NCBI RefSeq assembly: GCF_009914755.1
Contig: NC_060947.1
Length of the DNA: 64,000 bases
Source: the human T2T-CHM13v2.0 reference genome, Homo sapiens
Direction: 5' to 3' (one strand)
Positions 63,055 through 64,000 of the stretch are shown piece by piece (the stretch's first letter is position 1; each line of letters opens with the position of its first letter). The position numbers and the translations under genes were made by a program. The notes beneath the pieces were generated by a model. That model was given only the letters and a program-made list of their open reading frames with translations, had not been told where the DNA came from and searched no databases.

Positions 63055-63624
63055 AACAATCTAACAATACACCTCAAAGAAATGGAAAAGCAAGAACCAA
63101 ACCCCAAATGAGTACAAGAAACAAAATAACAAATATCAAAGCAGAACTAAATGAAATAGAGACCAAAAAATCAATACAGAGTGTCAGTAAAACAAAAAGT
63201 TGATTCTCTTTGTTTATCTTTTTGATTGATAAACAAAATTGATAAACCACTAGCTAGAATACCCAAGAAAATACCCAAAGGAACAAAATCAGAAATGAAA
63301 AAGGAGACATCATAACAGATGCCACAGAAGCACAAAGGATTATCAGAGACTATTATAAACTAACAAACTGGAATGCCTAGAATAAATGGACAAATCTCTG
63401 GACACATACACCTTCTGAGGTCTTATTCAGAGTATTATATCACTTCACATGAATCCTATCCTACTATAGGTTACCTGGATTTTCCAGGTGATAGGAGGAT
63501 GTCTGTGACATCAAGAATGGCAGTCTCATCTAAAATTATGTAACACAAGCAATGTATAGTCAGAATGGAATGCTCATCTACCTTATATAACATAAATAAT
63601 ATATAGTCAGAGTGAATAAAAGGG

Positions 63625-63965
63625 AAATGGTTTTGGAGTCAGGTTTGGAGCCAGACCTAGGTATGATTCTTGCCTTGCTGCTTATTAGCTTAGTTGCCTA
63701 ACCAATCTCAGCCTGTTTTGTCATTTATAGAAGGGAGGATTTGACACTCATGCCTCATTATTATTTATAGAAGGAAGGAAGGGAGAAAATGACACCCAAA
63801 AAAAGCCTCATTCATTATTGATCATCACAAAAGGTTATGATTGAAATTGTCAATTTTTCTCCCCTACTAGACTGTAATCTTTTAAGTACTCTGAAACATC
63901 TTTATTTTCACCAAACTCACAATACAGTATTTCACATGGTAAGTGTCAGTTTACCTCAACAGTTC
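63625..63965. mobile_element. MIR (~63625-63760) and L2 (~63850-63965) relics
   Basis: TTTGGAGCCAGACCTAGG...TCTCAGCCTG; CCCCTACTAGACTGTAATCT...CACATGGTAAGTG. Confidence 0.5.
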
Positions 63966-64000
63966 TTGTTGACTAGTACTAAATTAGGCCTCATTCTAGT

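Overview
Primate, most likely human, genomic DNA covering the 3' end of FAAH2 (fatty acid amide hydrolase 2; Xp11.21 in human) on the + strand. Four coding exons splice into one frame: 731-850, 15734-15845, 17332-17526 and 57570-57745 (stop). They are followed by a short 3'UTR with AATAAA at 57986. The introns (14.9, 1.5 and 40.0 kb) are mostly nested LINE-1 of many ages, plus Alus, MaLR fragments, MIR/L2 relics and AT-rich microsatellites. No L1 has intact ORF1 and ORF2. I see no prokaryote-type system (CRISPR etc.) and cannot support a wholly new gene system. The most interesting signals concern retroelements. (1) Two inverted L1PA copies flanking two exons share many apparently non-consensus substitutions despite different 5' ends, suggesting gene conversion or a local lineage. 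(2) An L1 ORF0 stays open for 206 codons and reads out of the element into unique DNA. (3) One L1 insertion combines a twin-priming inversion, a probable 3' transduction and a ~1.1 kb target deletion. (4) A TSD-less, possibly chimeric L1 has its antisense promoter pointing at FAAH2 exon 9. Subfamily calls, exon numbers and 'consensus' states come from memory and in-window comparisons and need RepeatMasker/Dfam confirmation. Boundaries of old repeats are approximate.
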